Origin: a plasmid
Reading direction: 5' to 3' (one strand)
Length of the DNA stretch: 38,144 nucleotides
Sequence record: NZ_CP072379.1
Positions 20,441 through 31,417 of this stretch are shown one piece after another. The stretch's first letter is position 1, and each line of letters opens with the position of its first letter. The notes under the pieces were generated by a model. The model searched no databases. It saw only the letters and a program-made list of their open reading frames with translations, and was not told the origin of the DNA. A program made the translations under genes and the position numbers.

Positions 20441-21418
20441 TTATTTTTCTTTCCAAGATGTAGCAGTTTTTGCAACTACTTCATTTAATTCTTCAATATT
20501 TTTTCTTCCAACTGTATTTAACCAGTTTACTGTAGCTTCTTCTCCGTCTTTTGCGAATACTTCTACTCCATTTGCCCAAGTTGCTCTTCCACATAATACT
20601 CCATTAAATTTAGCTCCTGAATCATGAGCGAATTTCAATGTATCTTGGAATAATTTTGCACTAACTCCAGCACTTAAATAAATGTATGGCAAGTTTGTTG
20701 CTTCATCTTGTTGTTTGAAATAGCTTGCTGCTTCTTCTTTAGTATAAACAACTTCTCCATCAGCAAATCCTTCAACATATTTCATATTTACAGGAACCTC
20801 TACTTTCAATACATCTACGTTATATCTTGGTTTAGAGAATTCTTTCATTGCTTCGATAACTTTTCTTGGTTTCAATTTTGCAAATTCTGCTGTGCTGTTG
20901 TCAGCATCTTTGTAGTTGTAGCTTAAAATTTCTAAGAAGAATGGAATATCTTCAGCTACGCATTCAGCTCCAACTCTTTCCATGTATGCTCTCTTTTGAT
21001 TGTTGATTTCATCACTTTCATCTACGTCATAGTATAATAAGAATTTTACAGCATCTGCTCCTTCTTCTTTTAATCTTTTTGCAGACCAGTCAACAAGGCA
21101 ATCTGGCAATCTTCCAACTGCATTTGCATCATATCCAGTTTTTTCATAAGCTAATAACAATCCTGCATTTTTATCTCTAGCTTTTGCTGCATCCAATCCA
21201 TATTCAGGATCTAACAAGATTGAAGAAGAGTATTTTGTTAAATGTTTTGAAACTAATACTTTAAATTCTTTTATTTGTTCAGCTGTTGCTTCTGAAGCTT
21301 GATGTTTATTCAACATTTTTTTCAAAGCTCCTCTTTGGTCAATTGCTAAAGCTGATATAAATCCATTTTCATCACTTAAATTTTCTAAATATTTTCTTTT
21401 TTGTGCTGTTAATTTCAT
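20441..21418 (-). CDS. lacD: Tagatose-1,6-bisphosphate aldolase
   Basis: A 325-aa ORF of the LacD/DeoC-like class I aldolase type. It sits in the lacABCD position. Confidence 0.85.
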   Translation of the reverse strand: MKLTAQKRKYLENLSDENGFISALAIDQRGALKKMLNKHQASEATAEQIKEFKVLVSKHLTKYSSSILLDPEYGLDAAKARDKNAGLLLAYEKTGYDANAVGRLPDCLVDWSAKRLKEEGADAVKFLLYYDVDESDEINNQKRAYMERVGAECVAEDIPFFLEILSYNYKDADNSTAEFAKLKPRKVIEAMKEFSKPRYNVDVLKVEVPVNMKYVEGFADGEVVYTKEEAASYFKQQDEATNLPYIYLSAGVSAKLFQDTLKFAHDSGAKFNGVLCGRATWANGVEVFAKDGEEATVNWLNTVGRKNIEELNEVVAKTATSWKEK

Positions 21419-21654
21419 GTTTTTTTCCTCCTAAAAATATTAATAGTTTTGTTAATACTTGTATTTTGTTAAATATTATTTTTATATACAGTCATTATTT
21501 CAGTACTCTGAACTTTAATTTGTTTTCCAGCTTTCAGAAATTTTTTTAATTTATTAGCTTTTTTATTTGTGAAGGAATTCAATCATATTTTTTAAATTTT
21601 GAAAGCTGGAAGCAATTTTTAATAACTATAGTATCTTCACTAAAAAAATTTTGA

Positions 21655-22593
21655 TTATAAATTAATAATTTCAATTTTTTTAAATAATTCTTCATATTTA
21701 TCTAAATTCACAAACCCCGTTAATTTTTCCATTGCATTTAACATCCCAAGGACATTTGCCTTTCTTAATAAAGTTTCATCACTCGCATTTTCATGAATTG
21801 CTGATGTTATTCCTGCAACTGTTGAATCTCCTGAACCTACAGGATTTACGACTTCTATTTTAGGAACATTCACTTTATAAAATTTATCATTGTGTTTTGC
21901 AAAAGCTCCATCTGCTCCAAGTGAAACAATTATCCATTCAATTTTTTCAAATAATTTATCTTTTAAAATTTCTTTTAGTTCATTTGGATTTTTAGATACA
22001 TCTTTTCCAATTAATTGAGACAATTCTTCTGTATTAGGTTTTATTACTTTAGGTTTATAATTATTTTTTAAAACTTCTATTAGTGCTTTTCCTGAACAGT
22101 CTAATACAACTGGTTTTTCATATTTTTCACAGATTCCAATCATTTTTGAATAATAATTAGTTTCCAATCCATCTGGTAAACTTCCTGAAATAGCGATAAT
22201 TTTAGTATTTTCATTTTTTACTAATTCTTCGAAGTGCTTTAAAAAATTTTCACTTTCAGATTTTGTTATAGTTGGCCCTTTTTCTAAAATTTCAGTTTGA
22301 TTCCCTTCATGCAAAATTGCAATACAGTTTCTAGTTTCCCCTGAAATTTCAAAAAAATCATTTTTAATTCCTGTTTGTAATAATTTTTCTTTAATATCAG
22401 TTCCTAAAGCACCACCTATAAGTCCAGTTGCAACAACTTCATCATCTAATTGTTTTAATACTCTTGTAACATTTAAGCCTTTTCCACCAGGAGTTTTACT
22501 AACCTTAGCTACTCTATTTACAGTATCTAAATTAAATTCTTCCAAAGGATATGAAATGTCAACAGAGGGATTCATTGTTACTGTTAAAATCAT
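21655..22593 (-). CDS. lacC: Tagatose-6-phosphate kinase (PfkB family)
   Basis: A 312-aa ORF with the PfkB-family C-terminal motif [11 protein letters not shown] (aligned with the second PfkB motif, which normally ends DTxGAGD) and GG-containing N-terminal region. It sits in the lacC position. Confidence 0.85.
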   Translation of the reverse strand: MILTVTMNPSVDISYPLEEFNLDTVNRVAKVSKTPGGKGLNVTRVLKQLDDEVVATGLIGGALGTDIKEKLLQTGIKNDFFEISGETRNCIAILHEGNQTEILEKGPTITKSESENFLKHFEELVKNENTKIIAISGSLPDGLETNYYSKMIGICEKYEKPVVLDCSGKALIEVLKNNYKPKVIKPNTEELSQLIGKDVSKNPNELKEILKDKLFEKIEWIIVSLGADGAFAKHNDKFYKVNVPKIEVVNPVGSGDSTVAGITSAIHENASDETLLRKANVLGMLNAMEKLTGFVNLDKYEELFKKIEIINL

Positions 22594-22712
22594 TTTAACT
22601 AACTCCTTTCTTTAAAATCGAACTTAAGAAAGAAAAGAATATAAACAGGTTAAATTTTAAGTTCGATTTTAAATTTCATTATATAATCAAAAAATTTAAA
22701 AATTAAATTTTT

Positions 22713-23228
22713 CTAGTCTTTGTATTCTCCTCTGTCCCATTTTGCTAAAAATTCATCAAAAAAGTCATCTTTTTCTTGATTAGGATTTACAGTTTCTATT
22801 GCTTTAATTTTTGCAATTAATTTTTCACTTTCTTCTGTCTTTTTATATTCTGCTTTTATAAAAGCTTCTACAATATCAAATAATAATAATTTTCCTGTTA
22901 TTGCACCACCAAATCCAATTACATTTGCATTCAAATGTTCTTTTGCATAAAGTGCTGAAGTCATATCTCTTACTAGAGCTGAACGGATTCCTGGAACTTT
23001 ATTTACACTATTATTAATTCCAACTCCTGTTCCACAAATACAAACACCTAAGTCAGCTTTTCCATTTACTACAGCTTCTCCAACTCTTCTACCATAAATT
23101 GGATAATGTGTTCTTGTAAAATCATAAGTTCCACAATCTAAAACTTCATAACCTTTTGATTTCAAAAAATCCGATAATGCCATTTTCACATCGGTTACTA
23201 TGTGATCACATCCAATTGCAATTTTCAT
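22713..23228 (-). CDS. lacB: Galactose-6-phosphate isomerase subunit B
   Basis: [46 protein letters not shown]...[13 protein letters not shown] closely matches my recollection of staphylococcal LacB (RpiB/LacAB family). Confidence 0.9.
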   Translation of the reverse strand: MKIAIGCDHIVTDVKMALSDFLKSKGYEVLDCGTYDFTRTHYPIYGRRVGEAVVNGKADLGVCICGTGVGINNSVNKVPGIRSALVRDMTSALYAKEHLNANVIGFGGAITGKLLLFDIVEAFIKAEYKKTEESEKLIAKIKAIETVNPNQEKDDFFDEFLAKWDRGEYKD

Positions 23229-23275
23229 ATTTTTTCCCATCCTTCATCATTTTTTTAATTTTTAAACTAAATAAA

Positions 23276-23698
23276 CTAACACATTTTATTTAACATATCT
23301 ACTCTAATTTGATGTCTTCCACCGTCATAAGGAGCACTTAAAAAATCTTTTACGATATTTTTAGCAAGTCCTTTTCCAACAATTTCAGAACCTATTGTAA
23401 TAATTCTAGAGTTGTTATGTCTTCTAGTCATATATGCTGATCTTTCATCAGAAACTTCTGCTGCTATCATTCCTTTTATTTTTGTAGCAACCATAAAGCT
23501 TCCTGCTCCATATGCATCAAACACAATTCCTAAATTATCATCATCTGATAAAACTTCTTTTGCTACTGCATAAGTTGTATCTACAAAATCTTTATCTTCT
23601 GATTTATCAATTACATCATACCCATTTTCTAAAAGATAATTTTTGATATAATCTTTTAATTCTTTACCCTCTACATCTGAACCTAATACAACTTTCAT
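23276..23698 (-). CDS. lacA: Galactose-6-phosphate isomerase subunit A
   Basis: [31 protein letters not shown]...[15 protein letters not shown] matches LacA. The ATG at 23698 has AAGGAG 9 nt upstream. The upstream extension to 23764 is unlikely. Confidence 0.9.
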   Translation of the reverse strand: MKVVLGSDVEGKELKDYIKNYLLENGYDVIDKSEDKDFVDTTYAVAKEVLSDDDNLGIVFDAYGAGSFMVATKIKGMIAAEVSDERSAYMTRRHNNSRIITIGSEIVGKGLAKNIVKDFLSAPYDGGRHQIRVDMLNKMC

Positions 23699-24013
23699 TA
23701 TGGTCATCTCCTTTATTTTATTTTGTTTTGCTTTTCTGTTAAAATTATAACCTAAAAAGAACAAAAAACAATAGTTTTTGTTTATATTTCAAACATAAAA
23801 TTGTTCGTTTGTTTACTAAATGTTTTTATAAGAGTTGTTTTTAAAACCATTTTTAAAGATTTTTTATTGAGTAAACAAATTTTGGAATATTAAGATTAAG
23901 GGTTTGATATGAGATCATAAAAAAAAAAGTACCAAAAATATTTAGGATTTTAGTACTTTTTTACAAATAATCAAAGATGGTCTATTATTTTAGATATTTG
24001 TTCAAATTAAAAA

Positions 24014-24760
24014 TTAAATAATTAGATTCGTATATTTTTCAATATTATTTAAAGTTTTATTTTCTACAGTATTAGTTACAACTCCAGTTAATTTATCTAA
24101 TGTATAAAAATTTATAAAATCTATTTTTTCCATTTTTGAATCATCAACTAACAAATATTTTTCTTCTGAATTATTTAAAACAATTTCTTGAGTGTAACTT
24201 TCTTCAAATGTAGAAGTCATAATATTATTTTCTTTTATTGCATTGCAACTAAAAAATGCTTTATTAAAATTTGTATTTTCTAGTATCATATTCGCTATTT
24301 CTCCTACAAATGATTTTGTTATTTTTCTAAATTCTCCTCCAACAAGAAATACGTTAAAGGTTTCACTTTTTTTTGAAAATAAAATTTCAAAAATAGGCAA
24401 ACAATTTGTTAATACTCTTAATGATTTAAGATTGATTTCTTTTGCTAATAATTCTACCGTAGTTCCAGGACCTAAAAAAATTGTATCTCCTTCTTCGATT
24501 AATTCTAAAGCTTTTAATGCTATTTCTTTCTTTTTTTCCACATTTAAAACAGATTTATCCTCATGAGATAATTCTTTATATTGGCTTTTGGCTCCTCCAT
24601 GTATTCTTTTTAATATTCCTAATTCTTCTAGTTCTGTAAAATCACGTCTTACTGTCATATCAGAAACATTTAAACTTTCTACTATATCAGAAACTCTAAC
24701 TGTTCCTTTTTGTTCAATTATTTTTGTTATTGCTTCTAGTCGTTCTTCTTTACTTAGCAT
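24014..24760 (-). CDS. lacR: DeoR-family lactose operon repressor
   Basis: A 248-aa ORF with an N-terminal DeoR helix-turn-helix (EERLEAITKIIEQKGTVRVSDIVESLNVSDMTVRRD) and a C-terminal sugar-phosphate-binding domain. It lies upstream of lacA as in the staphylococcal and streptococcal lac operons. A terminator-like hairpin at 23926-23968 separates it from the lacA promoter region. That region carries a 10-bp inverted repeat tttgtttact...agtaaacaaa (23805-23880). Confidence 0.85.
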   Translation of the reverse strand: MLSKEERLEAITKIIEQKGTVRVSDIVESLNVSDMTVRRDFTELEELGILKRIHGGAKSQYKELSHEDKSVLNVEKKKEIALKALELIEEGDTIFLGPGTTVELLAKEINLKSLRVLTNCLPIFEILFSKKSETFNVFLVGGEFRKITKSFVGEIANMILENTNFNKAFFSCNAIKENNIMTSTFEESYTQEIVLNNSEEKYLLVDDSKMEKIDFINFYTLDKLTGVVTNTVENKTLNNIEKYTNLII

Positions 24761-25093
24761 CTGAAAACACCTTCTTTTGATTTTGAATATTATTTTTAAT
24801 TATTTCTTTAGAGATTTTATCATTATTTATACAAAAATTGTATCATAAGAGTATCCTTTTTTCAATTTTTTTACAAAAAAATCAATTCATCTCCCACTTA
24901 TAGAAGTCGGAGACTTCTTGCTATCTTTTTGTTAAATTAACAAATAGAACTTGTAAAGGATATTTGAAACCACTATTTATAATACATTTATTTCTGTCAC
25001 TTATTTTTAAATCAATTTGCAACACTTTTAAGTCAGATTTTATATCTTCTTGTATATTTCTCTTTTCATTAATTTCTAAATAGAAAAATGATA

Positions 25094-25130
25094 CTATTTT
25101 ACATAAAATTTTTTACGCACCCATATAAAA
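25094..25130 (+). repeat. Junction element ctattttacataaaattttttacgcacccatataaaa
   Basis: Matches the motif at 13407-13439. It lies between the lac module and the mob gene. Confidence 0.55.
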
Positions 25131-25156
25131 TTTGGATATTCCTAAAACTCTTATTA

Positions 25157-27142
25157 TTATCTTGAATTTATAAAATCTTTAGTATTTTTTTTGATTTTCT
25201 TGATTGTGTTAGTAATGACTTTTTTGAATATTTTAAATTTCTTCTTTAATTTATTAAGTATTTTTTCCATATTGGATAGACATTCATTTTTTTCATCATA
25301 TTCATAATTGTAGTAGCTATAATCTTCAGCATAATTTAGTATATCGAATACTTTGTTATTATCTTCGTCCTCTTGACTTTCTAAACCTTTCAAAAGCGTT
25401 ATTTCACTATCTTCTATGTCGTTATTTTCAAAAATTTCCACAGCATTATCAATTCGATCAAATGTTTCAAATTCAAACTTTCTGTAAAGATTTTTATTGA
25501 ATTGAAATGGAAAATCATTAATAACAAAATCTTTATTCTTTTTTATTTCATTGTAATGATTCAAGATTAACTCTTCTTTTACTTCATCTTCAATCTCTTT
25601 AATTTCTTTATCGCTTAGCGAAACTTTCTGGCGAATTTGTTCTTTTAAATTTTCAATTTCAGTTTTCTGATTATTAAGAAGCTCTTGTTTTTTAGCTAGA
25701 TGGTTTTTTTTAAGTTGTTTTAGCTCAATTTCGAGCTTCTGTTTTTCATTAACGTTAATCATATTGAGCTCTAATCTTGCTGTATTGATATTTTGATTTA
25801 ATAGAGCATTTTCATTTTCTAATTCTTGTTTTTTTACTTTAAGCTTTTCTATATCTTCAGAGAGAACAGTTTTTAAATCATTGAATGTACTTTTAAAGGC
25901 AGCTCTGGTATTTTTATCTAAATTCTTTAAAAAATTATTTAAATTGGCGTCTAATGATTTTAACTTTTCAACTGCATTATCATTTATAGAAAAATTACCA
26001 TCTCTAATTATTTCTTGTGTTTTTAAATATTCTTTTTGATATTCCTCAAATGTCATTTCTGATTTTCTTTTAATTTCTAATTCCTTTAAGTTCATTTGTA
26101 ATAATTCATCGAATTCAATCTGATTCATTTGTTTGTTATTAAATTTTTCAATAAGTTGTTTTTTTCGATAATTTATTTTATCTCTCAAATCTTTTAAATT
26201 TTCTGCATTTTTATAATTACTATTTTCTAAAGTTTTAACGATTTCTATTTTATCATCCAAAATTTGTTCAGCGATGTTTTTAAATTTTGTAAATTCATCT
26301 GTTTTAGATATAAAGTCAACAAATTGTTGGTGTACGTCATCTTTAAAAAAATTTATTAATTTATTACAACTTTGATCATAGTAATATTTTTTAGTTCTTT
26401 CTTTTTTATTAACTTTATCAATCATTTTTTCTGACTGTTTTTTGTAGTTTTTTTCTATATAAAAATTTTCAAAATCTTTATATTTATCAAAATTTTTAAT
26501 GACATCAAAATTCTGTAAGTCAAACAGTTTACAAAAAGCTATTTTGTCATTAACTTTTTTGTCAATTTTATGAAAATTTTTGGTATCAATCTCAAATTTT
26601 TTTAGTTGTCTCGCACATCTTGTTTTTAATGTTTTTATTATTCTCAAATTTTTATTTTTTATTATTTCAGAGTCACTCATTTTTTCGTTTATTTTTCGTT
26701 GGGCAAACATTGTATGCATATGAAGATTATCCTCATCACGATGTACTACACAATACACAATATTTTCTTCTTCCATATTTAATTTTTTCATTAAAAATTT
26801 TAGATTATTTTCGAAATATTTTTTTATTTCTTCTTGAGTTAAAATCATGTTTAAATCAATATTTGTTTTATTATTTAATTCAAGTTCCCGTATGTTAATT
26901 TTACTTAAAAAACATACAATATCTTTAGAATTTTGTTCAACTTCAACATCATTAAATTGTTCATTTAGAATTTCTTCATTAAAATCTCGAATTTTAATAT
27001 TTAGAGTACTCAAATTTTTATTAACATTATTTGCATAATTTTCAGAGACTCTTGTAGCTTCATTTACATAACTTTTTATCGTATTTTTTTGCTTAACACT
27101 TGATAAAGTTGTAGCTTTATTTAAAAAATTTAACTGTATCAT
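25157..27142 (-). CDS. mob: Mobilization relaxase, Mob/Pre (MobV) family, with a long coiled-coil C-terminal extension
   Basis: VVHRDEDNLHMHTMF around residue 130 fits the MobV HxDE...PHxH metal-binding motif. The C-terminal roughly 450 aa are heptad-like and Lys/Glu/Asn-rich. Candidate oriT inverted repeats lie immediately upstream. Confidence 0.7.
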   Translation of the reverse strand: MIQLNFLNKATTLSSVKQKNTIKSYVNEATRVSENYANNVNKNLSTLNIKIRDFNEEILNEQFNDVEVEQNSKDIVCFLSKINIRELELNNKTNIDLNMILTQEEIKKYFENNLKFLMKKLNMEEENIVYCVVHRDEDNLHMHTMFAQRKINEKMSDSEIIKNKNLRIIKTLKTRCARQLKKFEIDTKNFHKIDKKVNDKIAFCKLFDLQNFDVIKNFDKYKDFENFYIEKNYKKQSEKMIDKVNKKERTKKYYYDQSCNKLINFFKDDVHQQFVDFISKTDEFTKFKNIAEQILDDKIEIVKTLENSNYKNAENLKDLRDKINYRKKQLIEKFNNKQMNQIEFDELLQMNLKELEIKRKSEMTFEEYQKEYLKTQEIIRDGNFSINDNAVEKLKSLDANLNNFLKNLDKNTRAAFKSTFNDLKTVLSEDIEKLKVKKQELENENALLNQNINTARLELNMINVNEKQKLEIELKQLKKNHLAKKQELLNNQKTEIENLKEQIRQKVSLSDKEIKEIEDEVKEELILNHYNEIKKNKDFVINDFPFQFNKNLYRKFEFETFDRIDNAVEIFENNDIEDSEITLLKGLESQEDEDNNKVFDILNYAEDYSYYNYEYDEKNECLSNMEKILNKLKKKFKIFKKVITNTIKKIKKNTKDFINSR

Positions 27143-27249
27143 ATTTTTTGTCTCCTATCTGTAATTTTTTTATCAAAAAAATTATAAATTATTGAAAAAT
27201 TTTATGCAAAAAATGAAGATTTTCTTTATTTTAATTGAATAATAACGAC

Positions 27250-27330
27250 TAATGTTGTAATCTCGCTTACCACATTTTCGAAGAAAATGTTGCGAGTAAG
27301 GGGAAAAATCCCCTTAACCCCTTATTTGTT
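27250..27330. other. Candidate oriT (two inverted repeats upstream of mob)
   Basis: acattttc-gaa-gaaaatgt has an 8-bp perfect stem and aagggg-aaaaat-cccctt a 6-bp stem. Both sit about 110-190 bp upstream of the mob start in a non-coding region. This is the arrangement typical of MobV oriTs. Confidence 0.4.
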
Positions 27331-27924
27331 GCTACATTGATTAATTTTTTTTAAATTTACAGTCGATTTTTATTAATTAGTTTTTTTTGTACGATAGGCG
27401 TTTAACCGTGATTAAATAGATTTATAACTTAAATAGCAATAATTTATAATTAATTAATCTAAGAGAAGAAATTTTTTTGATTTTTTTTTTATAAAAATAT
27501 ATGAACTTTTTCAAAAAAAATAGTTGTTTTAACAACTATTCTGTATTAATTTTATTAAGTTTTTTTTCTCACTTTTTTCAATTTTACCATTCTATTTTTT
27601 TATAAATTTATAAATATTTTAGGATTCTTTTCAATCCATTTTTTATAAAAATTTTCAATAAATTTTTAGAGATTTTACTCACTGAATTACATCAAATTTT
27701 ACTCCTAATATTTGATTATTTTTTTTTTAATTTTCTTCTATTATTTTTATAAACTGAATACATATATTCCTATCTTTTTATTTTATAAAAACAGATAGAT
27801 TTGAAAAAATGAATTTAAGTTTAGGTATGTCAAAAAATATAATAAAAATGAACTTATTCGATAAACATTTTTATAAAATTTATTTAAGTAAAAAGTTATT
27901 TTAAATTATACAAAATATAAAAAA

Positions 27925-28266
27925 ACTCAAGGACGTGGAAGAAGTCGTGTTTCAGGATTTGAATTTAGATTTAAAAAATCTGGTAAAAAGGAAACAAAAA
28001 AAGAATTTAGGGAGATTTGTGGAAATATTCTAGAAAAAGAATTTAAAGTAAATAATCCTGAAAAAGCTATTAATTATATAAATCGAAAAATAAAAATGAA
28101 AGATAAAGTATTTGAGAGATATAATTATTTGAATATCATTAATTTTAAAGAAATTAATGAGGAATTAATTGTAACTGTTAAAAATGTAGATGATAACCAT
28201 TTACAAAATTTTAAATTTAGTAATTTTCAGCATTTTGAAAATTGGTTTAGGAAGTATGAAATTTAA
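27925..28266 (+). pseudogene. Truncated third rep copy, covering only the C-terminal 112 aa of a rep2-like initiator
   Basis: The translation GRGRSRVSGFEFRFKKSGKKETKKEFREICGNILEKEFKVNNPEKAINYINRKIKMKDKVFERYNYLNIINFKEINEELIVTVKNVDDNHLQNFKFSNFQHFENWFRKYEI is nearly identical to the rep2 C-terminus (10959-11300). The 3' flank homology continues for about 50 bp. Confidence 0.8.
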
Positions 28267-28386
28267 TATTATTTTTTGAAAATAGAAACTATATAATAAC
28301 TTTAAGAAAAAAAACATTCAATATAATTTGATAAATAAAAATTACAGAAATAAGACTCTTTTCTTTAAGTAGAGGGTGTGTAAAAA

Positions 28387-28433
28387 CAGGATAATAAAAC
28401 TACCATCCTGTACCATATATCTGGACACTCTCC
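28387..28433 (+). repeat. Hairpin caggataataaaactaccatcctg plus a right half-unit ctggacactctcc (left half deleted)
   Basis: Matches 8444-8513 but lacks tatattttgagtttacacaaaatt. Confidence 0.6.
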
Positions 28434-28544
28434 ATAAATCTCCAAATACTATATAGTATTTAGAGGGTTACGCAAAAATTTTTACACACTCTAGTTACTT
28501 TTTAAATCAGTTTTACTGTATCTGAAAATTAAGAACTTTAGTTA

Positions 28545-29150
28545 AATGTAATCGTAGCAGTAGCTCTTCCAGAACTTTTTCCTTCTCTTCTATAAGAATG
28601 AAATTTTTCATCAAATGTATCTTCATTTGTTGTGATCAAATTTTCTTCTTTTATTCCAAGTTTTAATACCATTATTTCATAAAATTTTTACTGCATTCCA
28701 ATTTTTAGTCCCGTTAGTACATTTTCAACTTTTGTTCCATAATTTTTTTCCATTTCCAATAATCCAGATTTCATAATTTCTTTAAACATTTCAGACCATC
28801 CTGAATGCCAGACTCCAATAACTTAATTTTACTTTTGTCAAAAATCCATCAATGTATTCGTCTTTTTCATAATAACATTTCGTTGTATCTTCACTAATAA
28901 TTTTCACATTGTTAGAATGCGTCTAAAATGCCATTACTTCCTGTTTATCCATTAAATTAAGTTCTTTTCCAGCAACTTTTCACGATTTTTTTTCTGTATT
29001 CCCTTTACCTGATTTTCAACTTGGCAATAGTCAGACATATTTCCAGCAATTTTTTTCTATAAACCGCTGTGAGACCGTATTTTTTAAACTCTTCAATATA
29101 AAAGTAATTCTCTTTTTCTATAAACATTTCTGCTCCTTTTTTCCCATTTT
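28545..29150 (-). pseudogene. Decayed gene of unknown function with at least three frameshifts or stops
   Basis: Minus-strand frames give MFIEKENYFYIEEFKKYGLTAVYRKKLLEICLTIAKLKI... / ...VKIISEDTTKCYYEKDEYIDGFLTKVKLSYWSLAFRMV / WSEMFKEIMKSGLLEMEKNYGTKVENVLTGLKIGMQ / KFYEIMVLKLGIKEENLITTNEDTFDEKFHSYRREGKSSGRATATITFN. The sequence is protein-like but broken across three frames. I do not recognise a family. Confidence 0.4.
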
Positions 29151-29158
29151 TTATCTTT

Positions 29159-30091
29159 TTACAAAAATATCATTATAATATACCCTGAAATTATAGAAAA
29201 AATCCAAAGCATAATACCAAACAAAAGATTTTTCCCCATCATTTTTTTAATAGTCTGTACATTTAATGAAGTTCCAATCATATAAAGTGCAAGGGATAAT
29301 AGCATTTTCCCTATTTGAGTAAGTAAACTGTAAATTGCTGGTAAATTTATTATTGTTGCAACAATTGAAGCTAAAATGAAAAATAATATAAAAATCGGAA
29401 ATTTAATCTTCTTATTTTCAGATTTATTTAAAATGCTAAGAATGATAACTATTGGAATAATCCAAAGAGTTCTGGTAAGTTTCATAATTGTAGCTATTCT
29501 CAAAGCTTCTGTGCTGTGAAAAGCTGCAGCTGATACTACCGAACTTGTATCATGAATGCTTAGTGCAGTCCATATTCCAGTTTGTTCAGCATTTAACTTA
29601 AAATAATTTATAAAAAATGCAAAAAGAAATAATGCAACTGTATTTAAAATAAATACTATCCCCGTAGACAAGGCAATATCTTCATCAGAAGCTTCAATTA
29701 CTGGAGAAGTTGCCGCAATAGCACTTCCACCACAAATTGCAGTCCCAAACACAATTAATTGTGATAACTTCTTTTCCATTTTAAAAATTTTTGCAAAAAA
29801 TAACCCGATACTTATAACTACAATCAAACTAATTGCCGTCTGAAAAATCCCTTTACTTCCAACAGCAACAACCTTACTTATGCTAAGTCCAAATCCAAAA
29901 AATACGACAGCTGAATTTAGTGTAAGTTTTTCTATTTTCCCTAAATTTTTTGGAACTAGAATTAAACTGAAACTCGCCATAATAATTCCCATAAGAAGAG
30001 ATATTCCCGAAGCAAAAGCGTGAACACTTTTAATTAATGGAAGTATTAACGCAATTACACATCCCACATAAAATATTATTTTTTTATTCAT
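29159..30091 (-). CDS. YeiH/UPF0324-family integral membrane protein (putative sulfate-exporter family)
   Basis: A polytopic membrane ORF with the GTAICGGSAIAATSPVI motif characteristic of the YeiH family. The ATG at 30091 (MNKKIIF) follows AGGAGTG. Confidence 0.65.
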   Translation of the reverse strand: MNKKIIFYVGCVIALILPLIKSVHAFASGISLLMGIIMASFSLILVPKNLGKIEKLTLNSAVVFFGFGLSISKVVAVGSKGIFQTAISLIVVISIGLFFAKIFKMEKKLSQLIVFGTAICGGSAIAATSPVIEASDEDIALSTGIVFILNTVALFLFAFFINYFKLNAEQTGIWTALSIHDTSSVVSAAAFHSTEALRIATIMKLTRTLWIIPIVIILSILNKSENKKIKFPIFILFFILASIVATIINLPAIYSLLTQIGKMLLSLALYMIGTSLNVQTIKKMMGKNLLFGIMLWIFSIISGYIIMIFL

Positions 30092-30142
30092 ATTATCACT
30101 CCTAACTTTCAAAATATTTTTATTGTTTTTTCCTATTTAAAA

Positions 30143-30178
30143 ATTGCAGAAATAAGACTCTTTTCTTTAAGTAGAGTC
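30143..30178 (+). terminator. Hairpin and T-run (agactc-N13-gagtct ttttttt). Diverged copies of the same motif lie at 28343-28365 and 10597-10628.
   Basis: A 6-bp stem is followed by seven T residues. The flanking sequence attgcagaaataagactcttttctttaagtagag is shared by the three loci. Confidence 0.4.
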
Positions 30179-30237
30179 TTTTTTTCTAACTAATTAAAGT
30201 AAAATATGTTGTAATTTTCATACTTTTACTTAAACCT

Positions 30238-30699
30238 TTATTTATAAGCAACTTTCACTTCTTTCCCATGAAATGTAATCCCAATCTTCAAGATATTTTT
30301 TATCCCTCTTGCCTTTAGTTTAGTATCATATTTCTTTTCATCAATCTGTTTCAAAACTTTCTGTGCTATCTTTTCCATTTCATTTTTTGTCTTTGATATT
30401 TTAAATTCCATAAGATAAGCTTTTTCATTGCTTTTTATTGGAATCATCACAAGGTCGTATCTTCCATATCCACTTTCATCATTTGAAATAATCTCATATT
30501 TCCCCATTAAAAATCCTACAAGCCCTATCATAAACACTTGGTATATTTTTTCCATTTCCTTGTCCAAGTCAAAAAAACTTAACATATTTATCATTATTTC
30601 TCCTAATGTTTTCTCAAATTTCTTAATATCTCCATTTTCAAGTGCTTTTATCAAAATATTTGTTTTTACTTCTGTTCCAAAAAACTTGTTTAAGAACAT
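30238..30699 (-). pseudogene. C-terminal 153-aa fragment of a second AAA-ATPase/PD-(D/E)XK gene, truncated by IS insertion at about 30712
   Basis: DNA at 30187-30710 is over 90% identical to 13530-14055, including the 3' flank. The homology ends abruptly at the IS terminal repeat ggagtgtccccaaaaatttagacta. Confidence 0.8.
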
Positions 30700-30712
30700 A
30701 TTACCAAAATAT

Positions 30713-31055
30713 GGAGTGTCCCCAAAAATTTAGACTATTTTTAAGCAATTTTTTTGTTTCCTTTCTTTATGGCTTTCTTCGTATTCATTTGGACTTTTAA
30801 AATTTAATACTTTTCTTGATATATTATTGTATCTGCTGCAGTATCTTTTTACTGACCTTCTTAATTCTTCCAGACTTCTAAATCTTTTTCCTAAATAATA
30901 ATTACTGTCTAGCCTGTGGCTTCTTTCCACTTTCCCATTCTGCCACGGCGAATACGGTCTTGTTGTCATGTATTCTATCCAGCTTTAACTCAAATAGTGT
31001 CTTTTTGCCATTTTCCGCATTCGTAAACTCCCTGCCGTTATCACTTTGTATTTTT
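30713..31055 (-). mobile_element. IS remnant (rve-type DDE transposase, frameshifted and 5'-truncated) with the same 26-bp terminus as the remnant at 10183
   Basis: The ORF 30730..30969 encodes TRPYSPWQNGKVERSHRL...SPNEYEE. An upstream shifted frame reads SDNGREFTNAENGKKTLFELKLDRI, the third acidic-residue region of an rve integrase. The first roughly 80 bp match 10183-10265. Confidence 0.6.
30730..30969 (-). pseudogene. rve-type transposase C-terminal fragment (IS481/IS3-like)
   Basis: Contains the PYSPWQNGKVER motif. A frameshift relative to the upstream DNGREF segment breaks the gene. Confidence 0.55.
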
Positions 31056-31126
31056 TTATTTTAAAATTTATATGATCTTGATATAGGTAATATTCTTTTT
31101 CGAGCAATACTCCAAAATAATCAATA

Positions 31127-31399
31127 TTATTTTATGACTAACTCTAAAATTAGTTTTAATGAACTTACTATATTGATTAATACGGTTATTATTAATGTTA
31201 AATAAACCGTCATCCATTTATTTAATGATAATAAATTTTTTAATAACCAAAAAAATAATATCATTTGCGGAAGAATAAATAATATTATTTTAAATATACT
31301 TATTCTATAAATTAAATATGTTTTAATCATTGTAGAAAAAAGATCTACAAATATAAATATAGTTATGCTCATTGTGATATTTTTATCATCTTTTTTCAA
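31127..31399 (-). CDS. Small hypothetical membrane protein (about three transmembrane segments), doubtful
   Basis: A 90-aa ORF with a TTG start after AGGAAG and hydrophobic segments. It lies in AT-rich DNA downstream of the par operon. Confidence 0.25.
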   Translation of the reverse strand: MKKDDKNITMSITIFIFVDLFSTMIKTYLIYRISIFKIILFILPQMILFFWLLKNLLSLNKWMTVYLTLIITVLINIVSSLKLILELVIK

Positions 31400-31417
31400 A
31401 ATTACTTCCTTCTTTCT

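Noticed and set aside
23700-24013. Catabolite-responsive element (cre) in the lacA promoter region
   Set aside because: I checked tgaaagctggaagc-like and other candidates against TGWAANCGNTNWCA and found no acceptable match.
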